From contig JAIRNF010000034.1 in NCBI GenBank assembly GCA_031258195.1, positions 9,589-73,588 on the forward strand: DNA of 64,000 nucleotides. Reading direction: 5' to 3'. This document shows, in pieces, positions 1 through 10,561 of this stretch. A program made the translations under genes and the position numbers. How positions within the stretch are numbered: the stretch's first letter is position 1; each line of letters begins with the position of its first letter. The notes under the pieces were generated by a model. It made no database searches and was not told the DNA's origin. It saw nothing but the letters and a program-made list of their open reading frames with translations. The DNA comes from Prevotellaceae bacterium (GTDB taxonomy: Bacteria; Bacteroidota; Bacteroidia; Bacteroidales; UBA932).

Positions 1-2896
1 CTGTTCCGATTCTCGGAACGGATTTTCCAATATCTCCGGGTTGACGCCAAACATCGTCGCTTGTATAATCCGCGGACGCCTGATATCCGAAACTCGTGGA
101 AGTAAAGTTATGCATTAAATTCGCCTTATCCAAGTCAAGGGTTTTTCCGCCAATAGAAAAGCTTGCTTGTACGCCAAGATCAAAGCCTTTGTAGGAAACG
201 CTCGTCTGGAAACCTCCGAAAAGTTTTGGCCACGCAACTTCGTTTGTATAGCGCGTAGCGGCGGAATAATCGTTAGTGGTTGCGCGACCCACTACGTTAC
301 CGTCGGCGTCTTTTTGATCAACGTACCATAACGGATCTCCAGTAACAGGATCCACGCCGGCCCATTCTCTCAAATACCAAGTATTAATGTTTTTCCCTTC
401 CAGTAATATCTTATTACCGGTAGCCTCTAAACCAAGCGCTCTATTCTCTTCGGGAAGCTTAACAACCTCATTCTTTATATGAGAAAGGTTTACCGATGCC
501 GTCCAAAGTAGATCTTTGGTTTTCAAGATACGGCCGGTAATATCCAGCTCGACTCCTTGATTCTTTACTTCCCCTATATTTGAGGGGATTGAAGATATTC
601 CTCCGGATAAAACTAACGGTTTACTGAATAAAACGTCCTTGTTATCCTTTAAAAAGTATGTAAAACTTCCGCTTATGGTTCCATTTAAGAATGAAAACTC
701 AAGACCTAAATCCAGCTGAGATTGACTTTCCCATGACAGGGCTTGGCTTTCTAAAGACCCGACTATATAACCTTGATTCGCTAACACATTCCAACCCGTT
801 ACATATGTTCCCAAATAAGGGAAGTAGCCTTCCGTTCCCGAAATGTACTGGTTACCGGTGGTACCATAGCTGAACTTAAGCTTTAATAAGTCTAGCCACC
901 CGGAAGACGAAGCCATAAAGTCTTCGCTAGTAATAAGCCAAGCGGCTCCCACGGACCAGAAATTTTGCCAACGATGATCTTTATGGAAACGAGAAGAGCC
1001 ATCTCTCGTTAGAGACGCGGAAATAAAGTAACGACTGTAAAGGTCGTAGTTAACACGAGAGATAAAGTTGAAATTCCTCATTCCTGTTTTTGTGGAATGA
1101 GCCGTAACGGGATTCGCCCCGTAAACTAACTCGCTAAAGTCGGTAGAGAAAAAACCTCTTTTTTCTGTTTCCAACGCGTTATAGCTAAAGTCATACGCGT
1201 TTGTTCCGGCAATTACGTTAATGTGATGGATGTTATTAAATGTCTTATCGTACGTTAGTTGATTGATCCACGACATTATAAGCGAAGTGTTCCTGTATCT
1301 ACTACTACGACCGCCGTAAGACGTTCCGTCTCCTAACTCCGGGTTGTAGAACTCGGTTCCTCTTAGCTCGTAGATATCGTAACCCAGCTGAGTTTTAAAC
1401 GTTAAACCATCTAAAATGTTAATATCCATGTATCCATTGTTACCGATTAGCCAACGATCATATTGAATTTCGTTCATATATGTTGTCATCAATGGATTCT
1501 GGCTGGTGGAAACGGGTCTATCGAAACGATCTCCCGACGCCGGATTTACCATACCTGTGCCGAGCCCCATGTCGGGAATCAGGTTGCCTTTTTCATCTTT
1601 TACTAACGAGCCATCCGGGTTTCTTTCGTATGCCGGGTAAATATTCGACATGCTACGAATAAATCCATAGATATTGTTCACGCTATTTCCTGATTGAAGA
1701 GGAAAGCTTTGCCTAGTCCAACTCGTAGTGGAGTTAAGACCGATTTTAAGCCATTTATAAGGGTTAGCATCAACTTTTATACGAGAAGAGTATCTTTTAA
1801 AATCGGAGGTTATCGCAACGCCTTCGTCTTCTAAATATCCAAGCGATATTAGGTATTTAGCCTTCTCGCTACCGCCGGAAACATCCACGGCGTATTCTTG
1901 TCTTTTTCCCGTTCTGGTAAGCGCGTCTTCCCAATCTTGATCCCATAACATCTGAGCGTTAAGTTTTCCGTCGGTACCTACGGGGGTAGCGCTATTAGTA
2001 GGGTTATATCTTAATTTCCCGGTAAGAAGATTGTTTGTTGCGAAAATACGAGCATCGGCTTCCGAACGACCTTGGTCCATAGCCCAATTTTTATAAGCTT
2101 CCCAGGAAACTTCCAGATAATCCTTCGCGCTAAGGTAGTCATAGTCGCTACGAGCCCTGGAAGAAAAACCGTAGCTGGCGCTGAAGTTCACTCTCGTTTC
2201 TCCCGCGCGACTTTGTTTTGTTGTGATGTTAACAACGCCGTTAGCCGCTTTAGAACCATAAAGAGCGGTAGAGTTCGCGTCTTTAAGGATTGTGAAAACT
2301 TCGATGTCGTTAGGATTGATCGAACTTAAGGCTCCATTGTATTCAACTCCGTCCAGAATAATAAGAGGGGATTGAGTAGCGTTGATGGAACCGATGCCTC
2401 TAATTCGAATATCCGGGTTTTCTCCCGGTTGACCATGGGCGCCCACTACCATTACCCCGCTAGCCTGGCCTTGTAAAGATTGACCGATTGTCGCGACTTT
2501 GTGATCTTTAAGTGTTTCCGATTTTATGACGCTGGCGGCGCCTGTAAATCCTTTTTTAGAAACCGGCGCGTAAGCGGAAATAATCGCTTCGTCAAGAAGA
2601 GTTTGGTCCGGAGATAACGCAACATCAAGAATTGCTCTTCCCCCAAGTCTCTCTTCCAGTGTTTGCATTCCAGCGAACGTAAACACCAGAATGTCTGATC
2701 CATCAGGAACAGTAATAGTGTAAGTACCATCATTCGCGGTATTTGATACAACGGTTGTACCCTTTACTACGACCGTTACGAAAGGTAGCGGACTTCCGTC
2801 TTCCGCGCTAGTTACCTTACCGGTAACTCTCGTTTGCGCGTTAACAAAGCCAACTCCCAACAACACAAGTAGTGCTAGAAGAATTGTTTTTTTCAT
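1..2896 (-). CDS. SusC/RagA-type TonB-dependent outer-membrane receptor (N-terminal ~965 codons; 3' end beyond left edge)
   Basis: Own minus-strand translation from the ATG at 2896: MKKTILLALLVLLGVGFVNAQTRVTGKVTSAEDGSPLPFVTVVVKGTT (signal peptide plus carboxypeptidase-regulatory-like domain). Further on comes the plug-type ALYGSKAANGVVNITTK. The frame stays open to position 1, so with no stop in the window it is absent from the ORF track. Confidence 0.85.
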   Translation of the reverse strand, partial: MKKTILLALLVLLGVGFVNAQTRVTGKVTSAEDGSPLPFVTVVVKGTTVVSNTANDGTYTITVPDGSDILVFTFAGMQTLEERLGGRAILDVALSPDQTLLDEAIISAYAPVSKKGFTGAASVIKSETLKDHKVATIGQSLQGQASGVMVVGAHGQPGENPDIRIRGIGSINATQSPLIILDGVEYNGALSSINPNDIEVFTILKDANSTALYGSKAANGVVNITTKQSRAGETRVNFSASYGFSSRARSDYDYLSAKDYLEVSWEAYKNWAMDQGRSEADARIFATNNLLTGKLRYNPTNSATPVGTDGKLNAQMLWDQDWEDALTRTGKRQEYAVDVSGGSEKAKYLISLGYLEDEGVAITSDFKRYSSRIKVDANPYKWLKIGLNSTTSWTRQSFPLQSGNSVNNIYGFIRSMSNIYPAYERNPDGSLVKDEKGNLIPDMGLGTGMVNPASGDRFDRPVSTSQNPLMTTYMNEIQYDRWLIGNNGYMDINILDGLTFKTQLGYDIYELRGTEFYNPELGDGTSYGGRSSRYRNTSLIMSWINQLTYDKTFNNIHHINVIAGTNAYDFSYNALETEKRGFFSTDFSELVYGANPVTAHSTKTGMRNFNFISRVNYDLYSRYFISASLTRDGSSRFHKDHRWQNFWSVGAAWLITSEDFMASSSGWLDLLKLKFSYGTTGNQYISGTEGYFPYLGTYVTGWNVLANQGYIVGSLESQALSWESQSQLDLGLEFSFLNGTISGSFTYFLKDNKDVLFSKPLVLSGGISSIPSNIGEVKNQGVELDITGRILKTKDLLWTASVNLSHIKNEVVKLPEENRALGLEATGNKILLEGKNINTWYLREWAGVDPVTGDPLWYVDQKDADGNVVGRATTNDYSAATRYTNEVAWPKLFGGFQTSVSYKGFDLGVQASFSIGGKTLDLDKANLMHNFTSTSFGYQASADYTSDDVWRQPGDIGKSVPRIGT

Positions 2897-3285
2897 AAAA
2901 AAGATTTTAGTTAGTGGTAATAATTTTAGTTATGTAATTGAAATATTTTTATATCAGCACGGCGATTTCAGCATTTAGAGATTATCCCATACTATTACGT
3001 TTTTTAGTTTATTTTTCGCGAAACAATATTCCTTTTACTTTCCGAATCCGGAACGCTCTTTTAAACCCTAATATATTTCTTTCGAAACACGAAGAAAGCA
3101 AACTAAAACTGTGAAAAAAGATAACTGTTTGATAGTTTTCGCACGCTAATAGTGATAAAGTACCAAATACAAATATAACAATTATTTGCAAAACAAAACA
3201 TTTTTTTGGTTTTCGGTCAATAAAATATTAACGGTCGATATTTCGGACGGGAGAGGACGAATGCTTACGTCGTTGTTTATCAGCG

Positions 3286-4419
3286 TTAAACGAATATCAG
3301 AGAGGAAACGATAGAGTCTGATAAAAAAACGTAAGATGTTGATATTTTAACATTTCTGTTTTTCGGGACGAGACAGCCCGATAGGATTAATTTTTTCGAT
3401 CGCTCCTCAAAATACTCTTGAAAATACTTGCCAAAACGCTTTTCTATGTAGTCTAAGCTTACTCCCCAGTTTGTTCTTAGAGATGTTAAAATATATTCGT
3501 TGTACTTAGCGGGTATATCCAGATGCTCTTCCTCGAAAAATATAGCGGCAGTATTGATTTTTTCAAGATAGCGGATGTTGTTGGAAACATTCCACCTGCG
3601 CCGCTCCCCGTCGTACGAGTGGGCGGATGGACCTATGCCTATGTACGGTTGTTGCTTCCAGTAGCCGGAGTTATGAATACCGTACATTTTATTTTTGGCG
3701 AAGTTTGAGACTTCGTAGTGTTCGAAACCGCTACTTGCCGTCAGCTCTCTGAGTAAAATAAACTGCCGCTCGCTTTGCTCCTCGGCTATTGGTGTAATTA
3801 AATTCTTTTTTTGCCGCTTGCCGAAAACAGTCTTTTCTTCTATGGTTAGGTGGTAGGCCGAAAGGTGCTGAATATTCAGCGATATAGCTGTTTCTAGGTT
3901 ATATCGCCACTCGTCGACGCTCATGCCCGGAATCCCATAGATTAAATCAACCGTAATGTTGTTAAAACCCAGCCGCCGGGATAGCTTAACGCTTTCAATC
4001 GCTTGCCGCGCGGTATGCCCGCGGTTCATCCATTTTAAATCTCGCTCGATAAAGCTTTGAACGCCTATACTTAGGCGATCTACTCCTACGCGTCTCAACC
4101 CTTCGAGATACGGCGCCGAAAGATCGTCGGGGTTAGCTTCGACCGTAAATTCGATAATGTTTTGCGAGTAAAAATTTGATTTGATAGCGGCTACCAACCG
4201 TCCCAGCTCGTCGGGCGTATAAGCCGTCGGAGTACCTCCGCCTATATATATCGTAGCTATTTCATTGAATGCGGGATTATTCTCTTTCGCTCTTATCTCT
4301 ATTTCTTTGATTAATGCTTTTAGCATTTCATCTTTTCGCTGTAACGAAACGCTGAAGTAGAAGTCGCAGTAGTAACACAGCCGCTTGCAAAAAGGTATGT
4401 GGATGTATAAACCTGCCAT
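3286..4419 (-). CDS. hemW: radical SAM HemW/HemN-family protein (heme chaperone / O2-independent coproporphyrinogen oxidase-like)
   Basis: MAGLYIHIPFCKRLCYYCDFY carries the CxxxCxxC radical-SAM motif. Length and the remaining sequence fit the HemN family. The start was chosen at the Met at 4419 (track ORF starts at 4443). Confidence 0.85.
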   Translation of the reverse strand: MAGLYIHIPFCKRLCYYCDFYFSVSLQRKDEMLKALIKEIEIRAKENNPAFNEIATIYIGGGTPTAYTPDELGRLVAAIKSNFYSQNIIEFTVEANPDDLSAPYLEGLRRVGVDRLSIGVQSFIERDLKWMNRGHTARQAIESVKLSRRLGFNNITVDLIYGIPGMSVDEWRYNLETAISLNIQHLSAYHLTIEEKTVFGKRQKKNLITPIAEEQSERQFILLRELTASSGFEHYEVSNFAKNKMYGIHNSGYWKQQPYIGIGPSAHSYDGERRRWNVSNNIRYLEKINTAAIFFEEEHLDIPAKYNEYILTSLRTNWGVSLDYIEKRFGKYFQEYFEERSKKLILSGCLVPKNRNVKISTSYVFLSDSIVSSLIFV

Positions 4420-4461
4420 GTATCCGAAGTAACGAGGGGGCAATTAAAAAGTTATTTTTTA

Positions 4462-4546
4462 CGTTATGTCGAACGTAGAGAGGCATCTCCTCAAATTTAG
4501 CATGTCGTCGCTTACTAGGAGATTCATCGCTTTGCTCCGAACGACG
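4462..4546. repeat. palindromic intergenic repeat, long form (degenerate copy)
   Basis: The arms CGTTATGTCGAACGTAGAGAGGCATCTCC and GGAGATTCATCGCTTTGCTCCGAACGACG are imperfect inverted repeats of the family core. The copy lies between hemW and the FAD/Fe-S oxidase gene. Confidence 0.7.
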
Positions 4547-4591
4547 TTTTCGTATTCTTTTCGAATAGCTCTTTAAATAAAAATAATTCCG

Positions 4592-7423
4592 TCATGCCTG
4601 TTTTGCCTCCGTACATTTATCCACCAAATATACAATAGAAGAATAGGGGATACCGCTATTGGTAGTCAGCCCGATCTCGCAAGTACGGCTGTTTGAATAT
4701 CCCGCCTTAGCCCCCGATTTTTCAACGGCGGGATGCAGCTTACGTAGCGCGTAGCTATTAACTTCGGGGAATGTAAAACCTTTATCTCCCGCAAATCCGC
4801 AACACTCAACCTCTTCGGGGACAACAACGTTATCAACACAGGCGGAGGCGAGCTTTGCGATTAAATCGCGGTTACCCATTTTTATTGTCGTACAGGTGGC
4901 ATGTACGGCAACAGTATCATGCCGTTTATGGAAAGTCAGCTTATCCATTAAGAACGTATCGATAAACTCGACAGGCTCGTAAAGGCGCATACCCTTAATG
5001 GTATTACGCATACGGTATAGACAGGGGCTTTGATCGCATAGCACGGGATAAGTTCCATTTTCCGATGCCCCTACTAATGCTTTCTCCAGCTCGGTCGACT
5101 TTTGATCAGCCTGTTCTGGAAACCCTTTGCTTTCCCATATCGTACCACAGCACAGCTTATCCATATTTTCGGGATATATAACCTCGTAACCCGCTTTTTT
5201 TAGTAGGCTAACCATTACCTGATACAGCGGGCGTTGATCCGGATCGCCTTTTGCGGGACCCATAACTTGATTAATGCAGCTGGGGAAGTAAACAACCTTT
5301 AACGGATTGGTAGGGTTTATCTCAGGTCGCTTAGGCTTTGAGATGCCTTTTGGCATAGCCGGAGTCCATAACGGTAGCTTATCAAAGGTTATGGTTCTGG
5401 CAGCGCGCGCAAAGAAGCCGAATATTGTTTTACCCATAACCATTCTGGCGCCATGTACAAATTTAAGCCCGACGCGCGCGGTAGAGGTTAACCCGCCAAA
5501 GTGATTAGCAGAGTCTCTCGCCAGCTTCTTATCGAAAGAAGTCGCTTTTTGTTCGCGAATATCTCGTATAAGATCTCCCGTATTGATCTTAACGGGACAA
5601 GTTGTCGCGCATAATCCGTCTTTCGCGCAGGTTTGGTTGCCCGGATATTTAAACCCTTTTTCCAACTCCTTAAGGCGCTTCGGATCCTCTCCCGTTTGCT
5701 TCAATCGCGCTATCTCTCGTTGTGCGGCTATACGTTGGCGGGCGGATAGCGTAAATCCGGCAGTAAGACAGCTAACTTCGCAAAATCCGCACTCAATACA
5801 CTTATCTACCTTTTCGTTTGTAGGGGTTAACGATTTCAATCTCTTTAGATGCCCCTTCGGATCTTCGTTAAAAATAACATCCCTGTTCAGCAGATTCTTG
5901 GGGTCGAATAGGAATTTTGTGTCCCGCATTACTTTGTACGCCTTGTCTCCCCATTCATACCTTACATAAGGCGCGATATTACGCCCCGTGCCATGCTCCG
6001 CTTTCAGTGAGCCGTTATATTTATCCACTACAAGCTTTACCGTATCATCTATCAATGCCTCGAAACGCGATACTTCGGACTCGGTAGAAAAATCCTGATT
6101 AATGATAAAATGGAAGTTGCCTTCTATGGAGTGCCCATAAATTGCTCCATCCGTATAGGCATGCTTTACCAGCAAATCCTGAAGATCTTTTGTCGCTTCG
6201 GGTAGCCTGTCGATCGGGAAGCAAACATCCTCAATTAGGCATGATGTACCGATTTTACGAATCCCTCCCACAGATGGAAATATTCCCGAACGAATAGCCC
6301 AATATTTTGAATACACTTCGGGGTCTTCCGTAAACTCAATCGGCATTACTGTTTTAAAATCGGCTAATGCTTTCTTTGCTTCTTCGATCTCTTCTTGTAG
6401 AGTTTCGTTGTCAAAAGCATCGACTTCCACGAGAACGGCGGTAGTGTCGTCCGGAAAATCTTTTATGTATGGCGGGATGCCATCGTTGTTTTCAACGGCC
6501 TTTAACGATAGCCGGTCGAGCAATTCGGCGCAATGCGCCCCGGTGTGGTAATGAATGGCAAGAGCGGCGCGGCTTGCATCTACCATGCTCTCGAAATATA
6601 TCATGGCGCTTGCCTTATACCGCTTTATCGGCAATGTTTTTAAGGTAACTTCCGATAGAAACGCGAGCGTTCCCTCAGAGCCTACCAGTAGGTGTACAAG
6701 GATATCAAAAGGATCTTCAAAATCCACGTATGAGTTGATCCCTATGCCCGCGGTATTCTTGATGGAGTATTTTTTCCTTATCCGCGCTTCCAGCTCGGGG
6801 TCGTCGTGAATACGCTTTTTAATCCCTTTTATTCCGTCAATAATATAGCCGTGACTTTGCATAAATGCTTCGCGGCTTTCGGGGCTTGCCGTATCAAGTA
6901 TAGCGCCATCCGCCAGCATTATGCGGGCGGAAACTATAGTTTTGTAGCTGTTCTCGTCGGTACCGTTCATGCCGCTGGCGTTATTGATAATAATACCGCC
7001 AATCATTGCAGAGCCAACAGAGGCAGGATCCGGACCCAGCTTGCGACCGTGAGGGGCAAGCAGCCGGTTAACCCGCTTACCCACTAATCCGGGTTGCAGA
7101 GTGATTTTTTCCGCGCCTTCTTCTATATGGTAGCTTTCCCAACCCTGCCCGGTAAGCACAAGGATAGAATCCGAGATTGCTTGACCCGAAAGGCTCGTAC
7201 CCGCCGCGCGAAATGTTACCGGCAGCTCATACGTGTTCGCTAAGCGAAGAATATGCTGTACCTCACGCTCGTTATAAGCTTTAACTATGATTTTGGGAAT
7301 AAGACGGTAAAATCCCGCATCCGTACCGTACGTAAATAGCCTGAGCTCGTCGGTATATATTCGTTTTTTATCTACTACCGTTTTAACCTCGTTGTAGAAC
7401 TCTTTGTATTTTCCGCTTAACAT
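4592..7423 (-). CDS. FAD-binding oxidase fused to 4Fe-4S and cysteine-rich (CCG-like) domains; D-lactate/glycolate dehydrogenase-like
   Basis: 943-aa ORF. The N-terminal part looks like an FAD-linked oxidase (GAGTSLSGQ-type region). The middle carries CIECGFCEVSC (ferredoxin-type cluster). The C-terminal part has CCG...CCGFAG motifs typical of GlcF/LutA-like domains. Confidence 0.8.
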   Translation of the reverse strand: MLSGKYKEFYNEVKTVVDKKRIYTDELRLFTYGTDAGFYRLIPKIIVKAYNEREVQHILRLANTYELPVTFRAAGTSLSGQAISDSILVLTGQGWESYHIEEGAEKITLQPGLVGKRVNRLLAPHGRKLGPDPASVGSAMIGGIIINNASGMNGTDENSYKTIVSARIMLADGAILDTASPESREAFMQSHGYIIDGIKGIKKRIHDDPELEARIRKKYSIKNTAGIGINSYVDFEDPFDILVHLLVGSEGTLAFLSEVTLKTLPIKRYKASAMIYFESMVDASRAALAIHYHTGAHCAELLDRLSLKAVENNDGIPPYIKDFPDDTTAVLVEVDAFDNETLQEEIEEAKKALADFKTVMPIEFTEDPEVYSKYWAIRSGIFPSVGGIRKIGTSCLIEDVCFPIDRLPEATKDLQDLLVKHAYTDGAIYGHSIEGNFHFIINQDFSTESEVSRFEALIDDTVKLVVDKYNGSLKAEHGTGRNIAPYVRYEWGDKAYKVMRDTKFLFDPKNLLNRDVIFNEDPKGHLKRLKSLTPTNEKVDKCIECGFCEVSCLTAGFTLSARQRIAAQREIARLKQTGEDPKRLKELEKGFKYPGNQTCAKDGLCATTCPVKINTGDLIRDIREQKATSFDKKLARDSANHFGGLTSTARVGLKFVHGARMVMGKTIFGFFARAARTITFDKLPLWTPAMPKGISKPKRPEINPTNPLKVVYFPSCINQVMGPAKGDPDQRPLYQVMVSLLKKAGYEVIYPENMDKLCCGTIWESKGFPEQADQKSTELEKALVGASENGTYPVLCDQSPCLYRMRNTIKGMRLYEPVEFIDTFLMDKLTFHKRHDTVAVHATCTTIKMGNRDLIAKLASACVDNVVVPEEVECCGFAGDKGFTFPEVNSYALRKLHPAVEKSGAKAGYSNSRTCEIGLTTNSGIPYSSIVYLVDKCTEAKQA

Positions 7424-7563
7424 ACGTATTTAGAGATTAACGAGCAAAGAACGATGGTTAAAGGTAAAAGAAGCGCTATATTTAAAATTTCTTTTAGCCG
7501 CTATACCTCTACGTTTTCCTTTAGTCTTTATTTTCTCGTCCTTGTTCTTTCGTCTTTATTCTT

Positions 7564-8400
7564 TTATCTGTCAAAATTAAATATCTGTTCCGGCAGCTCC
7601 GGTATCGCATTTATTTCTCTTGCCGCATCAAAAAAGACCTGTACGGCTTTTCTCCCTTCATCTCCTAAATCAACCGTCGATTGGTTAACAAAAAGGGCGA
7701 TATGCTTTCGCATAACATCCTCGTCCATTTCTCTCGCGTATCGCCTTACGAATTCGCTACTCTCTTTCGGATTATTCAGGGCAAACTCTACGCTTCGCCT
7801 CAAAACCCTGTCGAATTTCGCTCGTACGTCTGACGGGATACCGCGTTTAATTGCGATATTACCGAGAGGTATAGGCTGATTCGATTCGTTCTCCCACCAT
7901 TCTCCCAGGTCCGCTATCGGGCGTAATCCTTTTTTCCGGTAGGTAAACCGACCTTCGTGAATCAGCACTCCCGCATCAGCTTCGTTATCCAGAATCGCGC
8001 TTTCGATATCTGAGAAAAGATACTCCCTAGCCCGTTTTACCGACGGAAACGCTAACCGCAGAAGCATTGCGGCGGTTGTACGCTTTCCGGGTATGGCGAC
8101 AGTAATGTCGCCTACTTCGTCGGGATATATTTTTTTCTTGCTTACGAATAACGGACCATTACCACGCCCAAGCGCGCCGCCCGAGCTAAGAATAAGATAG
8201 TCTTTCGCCACATAGGCGTACGCATGGTAGCTTAGCTTGGTAATATCTACGGATGCTTCTAAAGCCAGCTTATTCAGCTCTTCAACATCGGCAAGGTGTA
8301 GATCGAATGTTAGCCCTTCGGTATCGATTTTGTGGTGAACCAAAGCGTCGAAAACGAACGTATCGTTGGGGCAGGTGGATATGGCAAGCGTTAGCTTCAT
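7564..8400 (-). CDS. mqnD: 1,4-dihydroxy-6-naphthoate synthase (futalosine pathway)
   Basis: MKLTLAISTCPNDTFVFDALVHHKIDTEGLTFDLHLADVEELN...GGALGRGNGPL matches the remembered MqnD N-terminal signature (SPCPNDTF...DVE.LN). Confidence 0.75.
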   Translation of the reverse strand: MKLTLAISTCPNDTFVFDALVHHKIDTEGLTFDLHLADVEELNKLALEASVDITKLSYHAYAYVAKDYLILSSGGALGRGNGPLFVSKKKIYPDEVGDITVAIPGKRTTAAMLLRLAFPSVKRAREYLFSDIESAILDNEADAGVLIHEGRFTYRKKGLRPIADLGEWWENESNQPIPLGNIAIKRGIPSDVRAKFDRVLRRSVEFALNNPKESSEFVRRYAREMDEDVMRKHIALFVNQSTVDLGDEGRKAVQVFFDAAREINAIPELPEQIFNFDR

Positions 8401-8513
8401 ACTTGGAAATTAATTTGCTCGTACAAAGATATAACTCTGTTTTAAAAGCAACAATTAAGTTTATCCAGTTAACGTTTAATTCTTAATACCCGTTGTACAT
8501 TTAGAAAAATCTT

Positions 8514-8618
8514 CGTCATTTCGACCGAAGGGAGAAATCTACTAAATAGAAGCAGTACGTTGAATCAGTGGATTTGGCTTCGCCGAACTAACGGGTTCTC
8601 CCTTCGGTCGAAATGACG
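8514..8618. repeat. palindromic intergenic repeat, long form with insert-bearing right arm
   Basis: Perfect 23-bp inverted repeat: CGTCATTTCGACCGAAGGGAGAA and TTCTCCCTTCGGTCGAAATGACG. The spacer contains TTGAATCAG and the GGCTTCGCCGAAC sub-motif. Confidence 0.85.
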
Positions 8619-8626
8619 GGGTGGCG

Positions 8627-9274
8627 CTATAGGTTTGGTAAGCCCTCTAAAGTTTTTCCTAAGTTTTCGAGGGCTAAAGCGATATCCCACTTTGCCTTAT
8701 CCCTTACGCCCGCCATATTGGAGATTGAGCGTAGCTGAAGAAAGGGGATGTTTTCGCAAAGGCAAACGTAAAAAAACGCAGCGCCTTCCATCCCTTCAAT
8801 ATCAGGAGAAAAAAGAGCCTTTAGCTCTTTAGCCCTTTCTTTAGAGCCTGTTACGGTATTTACAGTAGTCGCTTTTACGTTTGGAAGGTTGCTGAAAGCG
8901 GTATATTTTTCTAAATACGGACAGCTCAGCCAGCCACCCGTAAAAGGTTTAGTGTTAGGAGAAAGCAATTTCATATCGAAGGCTGTCTTGAAAACATTTT
9001 CTTCATATACCCCTAAGTCCGCAAAACAATCTTGGGCAACCGCAACAACCGTTCCTATGGGGTACTCATCCGAAAAGCTGCCGGCGATACCTATGTTAAG
9101 AATTAGATCGTAGCCGTTCCGGGATAAGGTTTTAGTCAGCCCATAGGCTGTAGCGACAGAACCCAAACCTGTGATTAACAAATCTATGGTATGTCTTTTT
9201 TCGCTATCTTCGCGCCATCTACCGCTAACGGCATTCAGCTCGGGCCGGGTAGCGGCAGTAACAAGTATTCTCAT
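8627..9274 (-). CDS. mqnB: futalosine hydrolase (nucleosidase family)
   Basis: 215 aa. MRILVTAATRPE...LLITGLGSVATAYGL...LNIGIAGSF shows a PNP/MTAN-type fold pattern. It is adjacent to and co-oriented with mqnD. Confidence 0.7.
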   Translation of the reverse strand: MRILVTAATRPELNAVSGRWREDSEKRHTIDLLITGLGSVATAYGLTKTLSRNGYDLILNIGIAGSFSDEYPIGTVVAVAQDCFADLGVYEENVFKTAFDMKLLSPNTKPFTGGWLSCPYLEKYTAFSNLPNVKATTVNTVTGSKERAKELKALFSPDIEGMEGAAFFYVCLCENIPFLQLRSISNMAGVRDKAKWDIALALENLGKTLEGLPNL

Positions 9275-9333
9275 TATAGAACGTATTATCGAGTTGATTC
9301 AAACATCAATTCAATGTAAAGTTACTAATTAAT

Positions 9334-9957
9334 ATGCATATTTTTGAAGGAACACCCGGATACGAAAAGCTACAGCATAATAATAACGAGGAGCAAACTC
9401 AAGAGCTATCGAAGCGCTACAGGCAAGTGCTGGAAATCTTGGGCGAAGACCCCGATCGCGAAGGGTTGGAAAAAACACCTCGCCGTATGGCGCGCGCCAT
9501 GCAGTTTCTTACCCAGGGATATCAGACAGACCCTTTGGCAATTATCAATTCGGCGAGGTTTAAAGAAGAGTATCGCCAGATGGTACTGGTAAAAGATATA
9601 GAGCTATACTCTATGTGCGAACACCATGTGCTGCCGTTTTACGGACGGGCACACGTAGCCTATATTCCTAACGGTTTTATTACCGGACTTAGTAAAGTTG
9701 CCCGCGTGGTTGATGCTTTCGCACGCCGGTTGCAGGTACAAGAGCGGCTTACCGTACAAATTCGCGATTGTATGCAGGAAGGATTGAACCCCTTGGGGGT
9801 TGCGGTTGTTATAGAAGCGCAGCATATGTGCATGCAAATAAGGGGTGTTCAGAAACAAAATTCCGTAACCACAACATCGGCTTTTACCGGCGCCTTCTTA
9901 AAGGATATCAAAACCCGCGAAGAATTTATGCATCTTATTGGTGTAAAGCTACACTAA
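9334..9957 (+). CDS. folE: GTP cyclohydrolase I
   Basis: 207 aa with the FolE signatures [28 protein letters not shown] and IEAQHMCM. Confidence 0.92.
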   Translation: MHIFEGTPGYEKLQHNNNEEQTQELSKRYRQVLEILGEDPDREGLEKTPRRMARAMQFLTQGYQTDPLAIINSARFKEEYRQMVLVKDIELYSMCEHHVLPFYGRAHVAYIPNGFITGLSKVARVVDAFARRLQVQERLTVQIRDCMQEGLNPLGVAVVIEAQHMCMQIRGVQKQNSVTTTSAFTGAFLKDIKTREEFMHLIGVKLH

Positions 9958-10030
9958 AAGCCGATTGAGATAGTACCACGGCCGCCGCAGCCAGTATAAA
10001 CTTAAAAAACCATTACTTACGCGACGGCTT

Positions 10031-10437
10031 TTGAAATCATTTCTATCTACCATGGCGGTGTTTTCTACGGCAGGCTCATTCGGATTACTAATAATACGTA
10101 TCGGCTTCGCGTTGCTTATGATGACGCGCGGCTTTGCTAAAATGTCGAACTTTTCGTCAATGAGCGCCACTTTCGATCCTATCGGATTAGGGGGGCCTTC
10201 TCATTATCGTTGGTAATATTCGCAGAGGTTTTTTGGCTCTATCGGGCCGCTGGTAGGACTACTTACACGCGCTGCTATGATACCGCTAATCATTAATATG
10301 TCGGTGGCGGCGCCGGTTGCTCGCGGAGGCGATCCGTTGGCGGCAAAAGAAACGGTATTACCATATTTGGTAGCCTATGTTACGGCGCTATTTACAGGTC
10401 CCGGAAAATATTCGGTTGATAGGTATATTTGGAAATA
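10031..10437 (+). pseudogene. DoxX-family membrane protein, two 1-nt frameshifts as sequenced
   Basis: The track ORF 10031..10216 (LLIIRIGFALLMMTRGFAKM...DPIGLG) continues in two other frames: SLSLVIFAEVF, then GSIGPLVGLLTRAAMIPLIINMSVA...LFTGPGKYSVDRYIWK with a stop at 10437. The shifts coincide with a G6 run (10190-10195) and a T6 run (10229-10234). Confidence 0.7.
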
Positions 10438-10561
10438 ACGTTAAGCGTTAATCGAGAAACATTAAGAGATAATTGCTAACGTTCGGCGAAGTGAATTATA
10501 TCGCTTCGCCGGACGTTGTTTTAGAGCTACCTCAATAGTATTCTAAAAACGGTTTTATTGT

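Noticed and set aside
5307-7087. Several + strand track ORFs (5307, 5583, 6555, 6806) lie inside the 943-aa oxidase gene. Similar antisense ORFs lie inside the S9 peptidase genes (for example 20400..20843, 21090..21524), flotillin (17868..18341), htpG (30004..30714) and valS (61457..61981).
   Set aside because: They fully overlap long, well-supported genes on the opposite strand, have low-complexity or odd composition, and have no recognisable motifs. They are shadow ORFs.
7454-7879. 141-aa + strand ORF with a hydrophobic N-terminus, at the mqnD 3' end.
   Set aside because: It is largely antisense to mqnD, Ser/Leu/Phe-rich, and has no independent signal.
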